DNA of 63,843 nucleotides, the filler included, from Reticulomyxa filosa (taxonomy: Eukaryota; Protista; Foraminifera): assembly GCA_000512085.1 (NCBI GenBank). It is 23 parts of 23 records of this genome, joined end to end, with 100 filler letters (N's around TTAATTAATTAA, not from the genome) between each part and the next. Parts side by side here need not be neighbours in the genome. Positions count along the whole stretch, not along the records: positions 37,582 to 41,954 come from ASPP01014769.1; positions 42,055 to 43,431 come from ASPP01025785.1; positions 43,532 to 44,531 come from ASPP01047416.1; positions 44,632 to 46,498 come from ASPP01011231.1; positions 46,599 to 55,475 come from ASPP01000828.1; 18 more parts are not named here. The stretch is one strand, 5' to 3'. The translations under genes and the position numbers were made by a program. Shown piece by piece: positions 39,660-51,700 of this stretch. Every line of letters begins with the position of its first letter. The stretch's first letter is position 1. The notes beneath the pieces are model-generated. The model saw nothing but the letters and a program-made list of their open reading frames with translations, was not told the DNA's origin and searched no databases.

Positions 39660-41873
39660 TCATTCATGATTTTGATGTTTCTTTGATTTTTTTTGTTTTT
39701 TGCTTTTTTTCGTTTTTTTTGATTTTTTGTGTGTGCGTTCTTCCGTTTCTTCGGGTTCTCTATTATCACTTTCGCTTTCAGTGTAATCAGTTGACTTTGG
39801 TTGTTGAGTCGGAGGATGTTGATCAGATCCGCCGTTGTCAACTTTGGAAGCATTTTCAATGGCAGCCCCTGCTTCTTGAATAGCTGCAGAAGTGTATGCT
39901 TCATCCTTGTGTGATACATCGTCGTCGCTATTAAGATGATAGGTCTGTCCGTCGTTGTTGTGTTTGCTTTCTTTACCTGTGTCTTGTAAGGGAATGTGTT
40001 CGGATATTCCTTGGATTGGTGAGTTATCAAAGATTGGATCTATTTGCTGTTCATCAAATCCGATGTTCTCTTGCTCTTGTTTTTGTTCAAAGTGGTATGG
40101 TTCCGGCGTTATATTATTTATTTCATCGCTATTGCCTTGTTGTTCTTGTTGTTCCAATTGTGCGCTTTCGGGATCTTGTCCTTGCGACAATTGGTTTCCT
40201 TGGCTTGCCACACGACCACGGGAATGTGAATAGGAATGTCGATATGCGTGATCCCTTTTGTTGATCGAGAACTTCTTTGCATGTGGAGGCGCGTCTACAT
40301 GCTCCCCTTGCAATGAAATATTTGGAGTTGCCTTTTGCGAGTCTATTTGTCCCGAGTCTCGCTTTGATTGCATGTTGGGCGTGCCACTTACGTTGATGTC
40401 CTGGCCTTTGAAGGCGGATTCAACCGCAATCTCCTCTTTTTGTTCATTTTTTTGCTCGTCACTTTTCAATTCGCGAATGGGTGTATCGCGAAAGACACAG
40501 CATATTGAAGTTGATGAAAGACGTTGGTCGTTGGATGCCAAAGCCGGCCAAACAAAATATGATACTTGCGTGGCCCCATTTTCACTTCCTTCCATTCGAC
40601 AATACATTTGATTTTCAACACTTTCACTTTTCTGTTCCATTTCAAGTGACGTTGAGAGTAACGTTACTGGAGGAGAAATAAAATGCATTACCCATGTTAC
40701 TTGGCAGCATTTCGTTACAAAGTCTTTTAACCTGCTTTCACAACTACGTACATATATGTATACGTATAACAATTGTTTTTATTTGCAATTGTTGTTTGAA
40801 ACAAAACAAACAAACAAAAAAAAACCTCCCCCTCCTCTCAAGTGAATGCGTTATTAAATCTTATGTCATAATTCGTAAGACAAAACTCTTCTTCTTCACA
40901 ATTTTCAACTTTTTTCATGACCCCACTGAGCAGAGCAGAAATATCGGATCGCGCATGCAAATTGAACAAAACCTCGTGGTTTTCGTATAGATAAGATGAA
41001 ACCATTTCGTCCAATTTGTGGTTTTGCTCTTCTTGTGTCTATTTCAACATTTCAATCGCAAAAAGTGAAAAGTGTGAGATAAAAAAAAAAAAGATAGATC
41101 TAACACTATGAAACTAGACGTCCCTTCCTTTGCTACGTATACGTAGATTCAAACAAAACAAAACAAAACAAAACAAAACTGCATGAGCAAGAACATGAGA
41201 GAAAGACAGAGCATCTGCCAATTGTTTAACTTTTGAGCTTTGTGAGTGCCCATTTGGTATAACAATCAACCAATGTTTCCATTAATAATGTTCGCACATG
41301 TTTCTGCAAGTGTGACTCACTCCATTCTTTATGAATAACAGAGTACCTGCCAATTAAATAGTTTTCCATCTTTTTTTTTTCCCCCCCAAATAAAAATCCC
41401 ATGTAATTTTTTTTATTTTTATTTTTTATCTTTTTTTTAAAATGAAAAAGTTTTTTAAAAAAATAACCAACATTCTGACGGTCTTCACCCAAGCTTTTGT
41501 AATTTTCTACTAACTTTGCATGGCGTTCTCCAATGTGTAATGAGATATCGTCAATTGTTTGCTTGACCTTATGTTTTGTTTTTATGTCAAAAGATTTGAT
41601 TCCAAAACTTTACAAAAGAAAATACATGCACATACATATTATATGTCTATAAACATATATGAATACGTAGATAGAAATTAAGCGCAAATATTGCATATAC
41701 ACATAGCACAACAAAAACACTTGAAATTTAGAAATGGGAAAAATGATTCCTTCTTGGAAATGCTTCAATTGAATCCCTCGAATCTCTTCGTCTTTGCAAA
41801 CAATCTTTTCAATCTCAACTTCCTTTGTCTTTCCAGCATTTCCAATGTGCGTTACTTTTTGTCCTTTGTTCAA
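39660..41873 (-). CDS. Spliced protein with MIEAP/SPATA18-like C-terminal domain and disordered basic tail
   Basis: LKDFVTKCCQVTWVMHFISPPVTL..YCRMEGS..VSYFVWPAL resembles the MIEAP/GIL1-IRKI C-terminal signature; several upstream exons. Confidence 0.5.
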
Positions 41874-41918
41874 CTTTTTTTGTTGTTGTTGTTATTATTG
41901 TTTTATACTTTTCCTTCC

Positions 41919-41954
<36 letters not shown>

Positions 41955-43611
41955 NNNNNNNNNNNNNNNNNNNNNNNNNNNNNNNNNNNNNNNNNNNNTT
42001 AATTAATTAANNNNNNNNNNNNNNNNNNNNNNNNNNNNNNNNNNNNNNNNNNNNAAAGAAAGTTAACATCTTATTTCTCCCTTTCGAACTTTAAAAAGTT
42101 ACCTATTCCACTTGACCAAACTCAACGTGTTCTACACAAACATGAACTACTCAATTGATATTCAATCAATTTAATGAAAATGTTGACAAGATAAACATTG
42201 TCTTAGCTAAGAGGGAGAATATCAGAGATTTGTACAACTTTCATGCACCACTCCAAACTTTGTGTCCTCTTGACGTGTTCAGGGCATCGGCATTATTTCA
42301 TTATATTCACATAAAATCATATCACGTCGACAAATTGAATGAAAACAATGAAAAAGCAGACTCGACAACACACATGGCATTTAAAAAAAAAAAAGAGTTC
42401 TTTTTCATGACCCTTCTTCTCCTTGATTTCTTTTATGCTTGTCCTTGGGATGAGACGCCAACTGCTATTCGTAGCGCTTTGACATTTTTTGTTCCATTGC
42501 CAAGACATCTTGTTTGGTCTTTCATTAATAAAAAAAAAATAACATAACATGTGTTAGCAATTATTGAATGTTACTTATTGAATACAAATTACTATCATCA
42601 AATGCATTTTCAATACTGTCCAATTTTAGTACTATTTTATATTTAATGGCAGAAATACTTATTTAAAAAACAAATCCCACCAATTATTTCGCTGTTTATT
42701 ATTTATCACCTTGTAGTTCGAGCCACAAATAACTTATTGTTGTAACAACCAGAAATTAAAAAAATTTTATTTTTTTTCTGTTTATCAGTGTTTCTAAGCT
42801 TTTAAGTTCTTTCTTTTTTTAAAAAAATCGCATTTAAGCTGACAAAATGAATAATTATATTTTAATAAAAGTGTATTGATTTTAGAAAGAGAAAGGTTAA
42901 ACATAAAATAATTGTAATTGTTTTGTTCAGAATGACAACGATTGCTCTTAATTGTGTATACAATCTTCAATAATTAAATAAAATAAATTAGTCATAATAT
43001 TTTAGTTAAATGAAGTGTAATAATCTTTAAAAGTGGGTTTTGTATAGAGAATTCCCTCTAGACTCACTATCTTTTTTTTTTCCAGATTAACTTAGAATTA
43101 TGAAAAATTATTCTTTAAAAGATTAAGCTGAAAGAAAGTAAGGTATTTTCATTTTATTAAACAAAAGAGCATTTACGTATTAAATGAATATGATTTTTTA
43201 ATCATAATATATGCAAAATGTTTTTATTTACATAATTATTTTTTTTATCTTTTTTGTTTGTCATATTCCTATTCTAGCCCTAAATTCCAAAACAATCAAA
43301 TTTTTTTAATTGTGAGCAATAACAATCGAAAATACGTAAAAAAGATCTTTCCATTATCTAAATTTACTTTCAATATTTTCTAAAAGTCTCTCATGCATAC
43401 ATATACATCCAAAGAGGTTTTATTTGTTTTGNNNNNNNNNNNNNNNNNNNNNNNNNNNNNNNNNNNNNNNNNNNNTTAATTAATTAANNNNNNNNNNNNN
43501 NNNNNNNNNNNNNNNNNNNNNNNNNNNNNNNTTCAATCTTTTTTTATTATTTATAATGGAATGTTCTAAAATAATCCCAAAAAAAAAAAAAAAAAAAATG
43601 AACAAATAAAG

Positions 43612-44531
43612 GTGATGGGACCACCAACAAAATTAAGCGCGATTTGGTTTCCAGAAAGTCAAAGAGGACTTGCTACAGGGTTTGCGGCATCAATGAATAT
43701 AGGTGGCAATGCTGTTGGATTTGTGTTGGGACCGCTGTTGGTACCTCGCGGAGAGAATTTTGGATTATTGTTGTATGTGACATTATTAATGGTGGGGGTA
43801 GTGTTTGTGATGATTTGGTGTTACTTCCCAGCGAGGCCACAAGTAATGCCAAACAAAGCCGCACATAAAGCACTATTGAGTTTCTCTCGTATCAATAATG
43901 ATGACTGGCTGCACGCACAATCACTGAATGACGACTCGGTCAGGCGTCAACCCCCTCCACCGCCTGCACGACAATCAAAACAAGGACTGCTAAATCAAAA
44001 ACTCACCACTAGCGATAATATGACGGCCTATCACTCGTTGGGGTCAGGAAGTGCCCCTGATATGTCGCTAGACTCATACAGCCACGACGAGCCCGTTTTT
44101 AAACGCAGCAGTTTGAAACATCACTTTCAAACTTTTGCATTGGAAATAAAAGAGCTCATCACACAGGTACCGGCTTTGTTGCTCATTCTTGCTGGAGGTG
44201 TGCTTGCATGTGCGAACTTACTACCACATAGTTCCCTCCTTTTCCCCTTCTTTTTTTTTTTTTTTTGAACATGCAAACTAAAAATTTTTTTGCTTGTTGA
44301 CATGCCCCCCCCCCTTTTCCTTCCTCCCCTCTTCACGTGCGCAACATAGGAATTGAAAGTGGTATAAACTCTTGTTGGGGAGCAGTAATGCAAGACATGT
44401 TACATCCAATTGGCTTGTCTGATAATTTGATCGGATATTTGGGCTTGGCAGTGTCAGTGTCCAGTTTGTGCGGAGGTATGATCATTGGCCCTATCAGTGA
44501 TCAATGGTTCCGGAGAAAATTGAAAAAGTTG
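43612..44531 (+). CDS. MFS transporter, SLC49 (FLVCR/DIRC2) family, internal exons
   Basis: PTKLSAIWFPESQRGLATGFAASMNIGGNAVGFVLGPLLV; GMIIGPISDQWFRRKLK (MFS motif A). Confidence 0.85.
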
Positions 44532-44640
44532 NNNNNNNNNNNNNNNNNNNNNNNNNNNNNNNNNNNNNNNNNNNNTTAATTAATTAANNNNNNNNNNNNN
44601 NNNNNNNNNNNNNNNNNNNNNNNNNNNNNNNAAAAAAAAG

Positions 44641-44672
<32 letters not shown>

Positions 44673-44673
<1 letters not shown>

Positions 44674-45173
44674 TGATTGAAACGGTATATCGTCGCATTG
44701 GTGATATATTGTCAATTGACGGAGATTATATGACTGCAGAAGCTGCAACGATCAATGGACATGGTGTTGCTTCGCACATGGAAGTCGTACAATTCAACAC
44801 GGGACAGTTTTATTCACCACATTATGACAATGCGCCTGACACAGATATATTTCTACACTTTGTGACATTTCAGATTGTCTTGGATTGCTCCGACGACCTG
44901 ACGCTAGGAAGGACGCTGTTTCCTCACAGCATCAATCCACGCAATAATCGAGGCGACTTCAAAAAAATTGTCCCGCAAAAGTACAGCGCTTTGTTTTGGT
45001 ACAACATTTTGGAAGATGGAAATGTGGATGAATCGTCCATATACTCCCACGAAGTTGTTTCCACTGGATCTCAGTGGCTCGCACATGTCAGCATCTGGGA
45101 TCCCAACTTGCCAGAGGCTGGAGATCCCAATATGCCTCATGATCGAATGTACGCCATGCACGATGAACTATAA
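44673..45173 (+). CDS. Prolyl 4-hydroxylase-like 2OG-Fe(II) oxygenase domain, last exon, ending in HDEL
   Basis: GQFYSPHYD..T..L..GRTLFP..IVPQKYSALFWYNILEDGNVD..W..IW; C-terminal HDEL. Confidence 0.8.
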
Positions 45174-45759
45174 TCCCCCGTGTTCTCGTGGGCAGGCATA
45201 TACAACACATACTCACCACTGAGAGGACCAAACATGCGCCCAACCGGGAAGACGTTACGTCACAACAAGAGGAGGACACTTGAATAAACACTAGATATCC
45301 ATATTTTCGAGAATTTGCAAACATTTTTTTTTTTCCGTGTTGACTCATGGAATAATTCGCGTTTGAATGTCCTTTATGTAACTTAAACAAACGGCATGAC
45401 TTTAGTTTTTTAATTAAGTTATGTCAATTTCCTTAACTCGCTGAAAGTGAAGAAAAAGTTCTTTTGCTTGAACAAAAAATATCCTTTCTTTTTTACAACG
45501 CCGTAAGTTTTCTTCGAATAGTGTGCCAACCTTTTTTTAAAAGCGCCACACTACAAACAAAGAAAGTACTTTAAATAGACCCAAACGAATTTTTGCAAAC
45601 TGAATTGAAAGCAAAGAAATTTGAAAACGATATGAAGCTCAGACTTTGCTTATCTTTTAAACAGACGGAAGGGGAAGCTCCAGTTGTACTCAAAAAGCGA
45701 ACGTTTGCACATGAAAGGGGCGAAAGAGGAAAAAAAAACTAAAATTCTGGAAAAGGAAA

Positions 45760-46400
45760 ATGGCTACCGCATTTGATTTTTGGATTGGAATGTTCATTAT
45801 CTGCCTTATCTGGGGCTTTTTACAGCCAACATTGTTTTTTTATTGGGCTCTTTTTTACAAAAACCGGCATACTCCCCCTATAACAGCACGAAACCCACTT
45901 TTGGTGCATTGGATAATGTTTGCTGTTTTTGTGTTTCTTGTTCAAGTTTTGTAATGACATAATGACGCAATATGGTATTACATATATTTGTAATTCGGGT
46001 TCCTTTTATTTCCCTCGAAACAAAAAAAAAAAAAAAAAAAAAACGAAAACAATGGTAGTACTTTGTATGTTTACCAATTGGACGCCGCATACGTTAAGCA
46101 CGTTAGTTTTCTTTCGTCGTTTATTATCCTTCACAGCACATCCGGGTATGACACTATTGTTGGCAAGATACTACCTTGGATATTATCGAGTGAGACTGGC
46201 AGTGCATTCATTACGGGAGGAGTGGAAGCAGCTGATCAATCCAGACACAACAAATCAGACATGGATTATCAAATATCGACATACTTTGGGCAATCCTCGG
46301 TTCGTTTTGTATCGAATTGTATTGCCCATTTGTATTGTGGAATCCATCATATCCGTGTTAAGTCTTTTGTATGTATGTATAGATGTTTTCGAAACCAATA
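45760..46400 (+). CDS. Multi-pass membrane protein, GPCR/7TM-RGS-like N-terminal part
   Basis: TM1 then NRHTPPITARNPLL; TM ending LLLARYYLGYY; loop WKQLINP..WIIKYRHTLGN; further TM. Confidence 0.45.
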
Positions 46401-46458
46401 AAAAGGGTTTTGCGTTGTTGTGTTGCTTCCTTATTCAAGATGGACAACAACTACGTAA

Positions 46459-46498
<40 letters not shown>

Positions 46499-46598
46499 NN
46501 NNNNNNNNNNNNNNNNNNNNNNNNNNNNNNNNNNNNNNNNNNTTAATTAATTAANNNNNNNNNNNNNNNNNNNNNNNNNNNNNNNNNNNNNNNNNNNN

Positions 46599-47509
46599 TT
46601 ATTGTTCGATGTTCATAATCAAATATGCTTTCATAATCTTTCCATGTTCCATTCGATAACATACATGCTCTTCTTGGAATAAGATGTCTTGTCTTATATC
46701 TATTTAAAATGATTTGTTATCATTTATATTTGTTTTATTAAAACAACAAAATAGTGCATACATTGCTTGATTGATAATCACTTCTTGATAATAATCCCAT
46801 AGATGTAATGATTGAATATTATCATATTGATAATACCAATTATCATCATTTCTTTTTTTAAATCCGATATATTGTAACTCTTTTTCCATACTTATTAATA
46901 CTTTCTCAAAATCTGCACCTAGTGTACAACATTTTTGAAATAAATAGTTGCATAAAGCTTGTTTGTGAATTTGACGATATTTGATATGTTTAGGATATTT
47001 CAAAATGTTCCATAAAATATGCAAACACATTCCTCTCAATATTTTTAATTCATTTTCTTTCAACCTATCATATATTATATATTATATTTATATTCGTTAA
47101 GTTTATTGTAGACTTTATTGCATTTAACTCATTTAAGTTGGAAGTTGCGCAAATCTCTTTTAATTTCTGTCTTGTATCAACATAAATTTGATTGCAATTT
47201 TTCCATGTTTGTGATATTATTGTTTTTCCGAGCTTATCGCCAAATATTTTGAATAAACGCATTAAATAATATTGTTGTTTTAAGTTTGTGCTGTATTAAA
47301 ATATACAAAGCAATGGTTTGTTAAAAATATATTGAAATATTTTTGTTAGTAAAAAAAAGAGAAAAGAAACCACATAAAATTGATTGTTACGTGTTCTCTG
47401 TTAGCCATGTTAAGATATCTTTTTCAGCATCTCGATCAAACCATTTCAATACATCTGAAATGATCTCTTCACTCGTCTCGGGAAACGTATGTTGAGGTTG
47501 TGCAAGCAT
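46599..47509 (-). CDS. CUE-like + PUB domain protein, spliced, 3' partial
   Basis: TFPETSEEIISDVLKWFDRD (CUE-like FP motif) and LHILWNILKYPKHIKYRQI..LQYIGF (PUB signature). Confidence 0.65.
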
Positions 47510-48760
47510 GATGAAGTTGACTGCAGAAAAAAACCCTTTTTTTGTTTGAATGTTCAAAAAAAATTGATTGACGAGCAAGAAGGCTATGGTTTTGAAAAGA
47601 GAAAAATTTGACAATGTCAAGATTTTTGTTCTATAGATACCATATTGTGTAAACATTCTATAGCAATTAATAAAAAGTCGTCATGCAGAGGTTGTCAATT
47701 AATTCATTGAATCCTTTCAAATGCAGTGCAAGCTGTGAAGTTCCTGCAACATAAAATGTGATGTTTCTGGACTTGTAGCATCAAGAAGCAAACGATTCGG
47801 AACGACAAAGTTTTTTTTGGAGATAGAAAATCTATCAAGGATTTTTTTGTGAGGATAAAAAATTTGGTTTTGGATTTTGTAAGAGATTTTACAATTTCTC
47901 AGAAATATTACTTTTCTCATTCGTAAGTAGTTTCTTTTTTGATGATATTTTATTTGCAAATTTGGATTTATTTTGAAGAAACAATAAAATGGGTTTATTC
48001 TAAATAAATTTATATTTGTTTGTAACTTGAAGCAGCAATTAAAGATAAAATAAAAAACACATCGTTTTTGCAAAAACTTATTTAAATAGAAATTTCTGCC
48101 TAGAAGTGCTTAGAAGGTGTTGAAACGAGAAAACGTGTATGTTCACTTTAAATCCAAAAAAGAAAAAAACCAAAAAGAAAATTTTTTTACAGACGGCGCG
48201 CCTAATTTTAAGTTTTCCGATTTTTCCTTTTTTGGCTTATTTTTTAGTTTTTTTTTAATGTTAAGAAAATATTTTTTTGATTACTGGAGAACAAAATGGA
48301 GCAGGTTGTATGTTTTTTAATTTTTCGTTGCTATTGGTGATTATTTGGTTAAGAGACGGAATAAGAAGTGCAAGCTTTTTTTTTATTTGGCTTTTGCTTA
48401 TAATTTTTAAACTTTTATTAATGGTCAGATTATTGGCAAAGAAAAAAATTGAGAATTTTAAAATAAATAAGCAAAAAATAATGTTGTAGAAAATAAAAAT
48501 GTTTGCAATTGACAAAAAATTGTAGAAAAAAATGACATCATTTGAAACACTTGAAGATTCGTAGATATTTTAAAAAAGATTTTTGAGTTTATTTTTTTGA
48601 GAAAAAAACTTCATTGCTAGTGAAGAAGCAAAATACTGTAAATTGAAGTGTCGTATTAGATGATGAAAAAATGTTTTGAAGTGATTGTCAAAAAAACTTT
48701 TGAACAACATTTGTAGAGAGTAAAGAATTTAAACAACTAAGCGTTTACAATTAAACAATT

Positions 48761-51700
48761 TTACTCATGAGCTTCACTCAGTTCTTTCACTTTTTGTTTT
48801 GCTTTTAATGTTTTTGTATTCCATTCTCCTAGAATTACATCGAACACTTCCCATGCTTCTTCATAATATTTCCTCGCTTTTTTAATTTCTCCAATTGAAT
48901 TCAATGTATTTCCCAAATCCCAACACCAGCCACCAATTGAAATATTTACACTTTTGGATATTGTTCTTTTTATTTGTATCGCTTTTTCGTAATATTTAAT
49001 ACATTCACTATGACTTCCTTTATTATTATAAGCAAACCCTAAGGAATTGTATGAACTGACAACATCATCGTGATTTATTCCAAAGATATGCAATCTAATG
49101 TTTAAAGCTTTTTCATGATATGTAATTGTTTTATCATAGAGTCCTTTCCTATTACATGTATCTCCCAAATCAGAATATGAATCGGCAACAGTTTCCTCAT
49201 TAGGTCCAAATATCTCTAATCGAATCTCCAATGCCTTTTCAAAAGATGTAAATGCTTTATCAAATTGTTTTTTAGCCCTATAAAAATACCCTAATTGAGT
49301 ATAGCATTCGGCAACACTATCATGACTGGCTCCAAAATTTTTCAATCGAATCTTCAATGCCTCTTCATAATATTCGATTGCTTTGTCAAATTCTCTTGCG
49401 TTTCGACAAGTAATTCCTAAATTGATATATACATTGGCAACACTCTTATGATCGCTTCCTAATGTACTTTTTTTAACATGCAATTCTTTTTCAAAATATT
49501 CCTTTGATTTAGTGTAATTGCCGCTATTACCGTAAACACAACCTAAACCACAGTAAGAATTGGCAATAGAAAGATGGTCTGTTCCAGCAATATCTAATCT
49601 TATTTTTATCGATATATTATATTGTTCGATGGCGTTGTCATATTGTTGAGCGCGCATATAGCAATCAGCTAAATTAGCATGTGCTGTGGCGACACGGAGA
49701 TTATTGTTACCAAATATATCTAACCTCATTTGTAATGCCTTTTTATAATATTCAATTGCTTTATTACTTTCTCCTTTTTTTTCATAAGCATTTCCTAAAC
49801 CAAAGTATGCATCGGTGATATGTACATTTTTGTCTCCGAAAATACTTACATTAATTTCAATCACTTTTTCAAAGTACTTAATTGCTGTGTCGCAGTGCTG
49901 TTTATCAACATAAACTTGTGCCAAATTGTTATACAAATTAGCAACGACAACAGTTTTGAATCCAAATATATCTAAATAGGTTTCTAATGCCTTTTCATAA
50001 TAGGCGATTGCTTTGTTGTACGCTCTTTTATTATGGCAAGCTTCCCCTAGATTGTTGAATACATCAGCTATAGCTTTCTGACTGGCTCTACAATTATGTA
50101 ATCGAATTTTTACAACCTTTTCGTAATATTCAATGGCTTTGTTAAAACGCTCTGCATTGCTGTATGCATTTCCTAGTGCGGAGTACCAATCGATGATATC
50201 AGAGGGATTATCTCCAAACAATTTCAATTTACTGTTCAAGCTTTTTTCATAATATTCAATCGATTTGTCATGTTGTTCTATTTTCGAATAAAACAGTCCT
50301 AAATTGTAGTGCAAAATGATAACATAGCTGCTGTCGATTGTAACATTGTCTAGCATAATTTTTAAAGATTTTTCATAGTATAAAATTGCTTGTTGATAAT
50401 CTTTTTTTTCATAATGAACATCTCCAATCATATCATACGATCTAGCTACAAAAGGATGATCAAAACCAAATGTATTAAGCGAAAGTTGTAAATATTGTTC
50501 TAATTGAAGAATGGAGTCATCTAAAAGATTATTGTTCATCAGCTCTTTCCCTTTATCTTCAAGATCTTGCAATTGTATTGAAATATCATGATTCATTTTA
50601 GTATCCCATTGAATGGGTAAAATAGACTGTCTCAATTGTCGATCAATAGTTGCATCTTTTGTAACGAATAACTGTGATGTAATTTTGATGTTTTGTTGAC
50701 ATTTTATTTCACAATTCACAACATACATATTTCCGTCAATATTTATATCATTCAATATTATTATTGACTTTCTTTCTATTACGTATACACCATATACTTT
50801 ATATAGAATTTTATTTTTATTATTGAAAAATTTCGATAATGGAAAAATGAAACTATTGAGTTTAATTAAATTCGGAAATATTATATTTTCCCATTCAGAT
50901 GTATTTTTGACCACAATAACCAATCCTTGTTTATCTGCTTTAATCATTTTCTCAATTATTTTTGCTGCTTCCGCATTTGCTCGTATCCAATTGCTATCCC
51001 AATATCTTTGAAATCCCAGTGGCTCTATTACCACCATTCCTTTTTTATTATCGTTACCATATAACTGTGGAGACAAATAAATATCAGAATAAGTAGCCGA
51101 AATATTCTTTTTAAATTTTCCATCAAAAATTGTGTTTGCCACATGTTTCACAATAACATTCAAACTTTTATTTATATCTTTTTCGATCATTTGACAAAAG
51201 ATCTCTGCGAAATTACTTCGTTTTCTGTTCTCAAATTGTAAACCACCAGTCATTGATTTCAATGGAATGTTTGCAAAAATAGTGAAAATATCTTTGCTAT
51301 TTTTATACCAAAAGTCAGCTGCCATATCTTCATTTCCTTTTTCTTCATCACTGTATGTAATGTTTATAAATATTTTTGGTTTCTTTGCAAAATAATCAGT
51401 TTGTTTTACAAACACGTCTTGAATCTCTTTGAAGCATTTGCTTTTATTGTCACCCGTGATCAAAGTGTTATCTTGATTATTTCCATATCCACACCATACA
51501 AATATCAATCCATCAAAGATTTGTTTTTTATCATTGGAATTATCGACCAAATTCAACCAACGTTTCGAAATGAAGTTGTTCAATTTACTCAAAGAAAGCG
51601 ACTGTGTGACTGGATATTGTGGATTATAAGTACTAAATACTTGATAACCAAATTTAGTTTGAAACAGATTTTGTAACAAAATTAGATCTTGTTGGGCATA

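Noticed and set aside
42155-42550. Overlapping short ORFs on both strands
   Set aside because: No motif; interrupted by poly-A tracts typical of non-coding DNA
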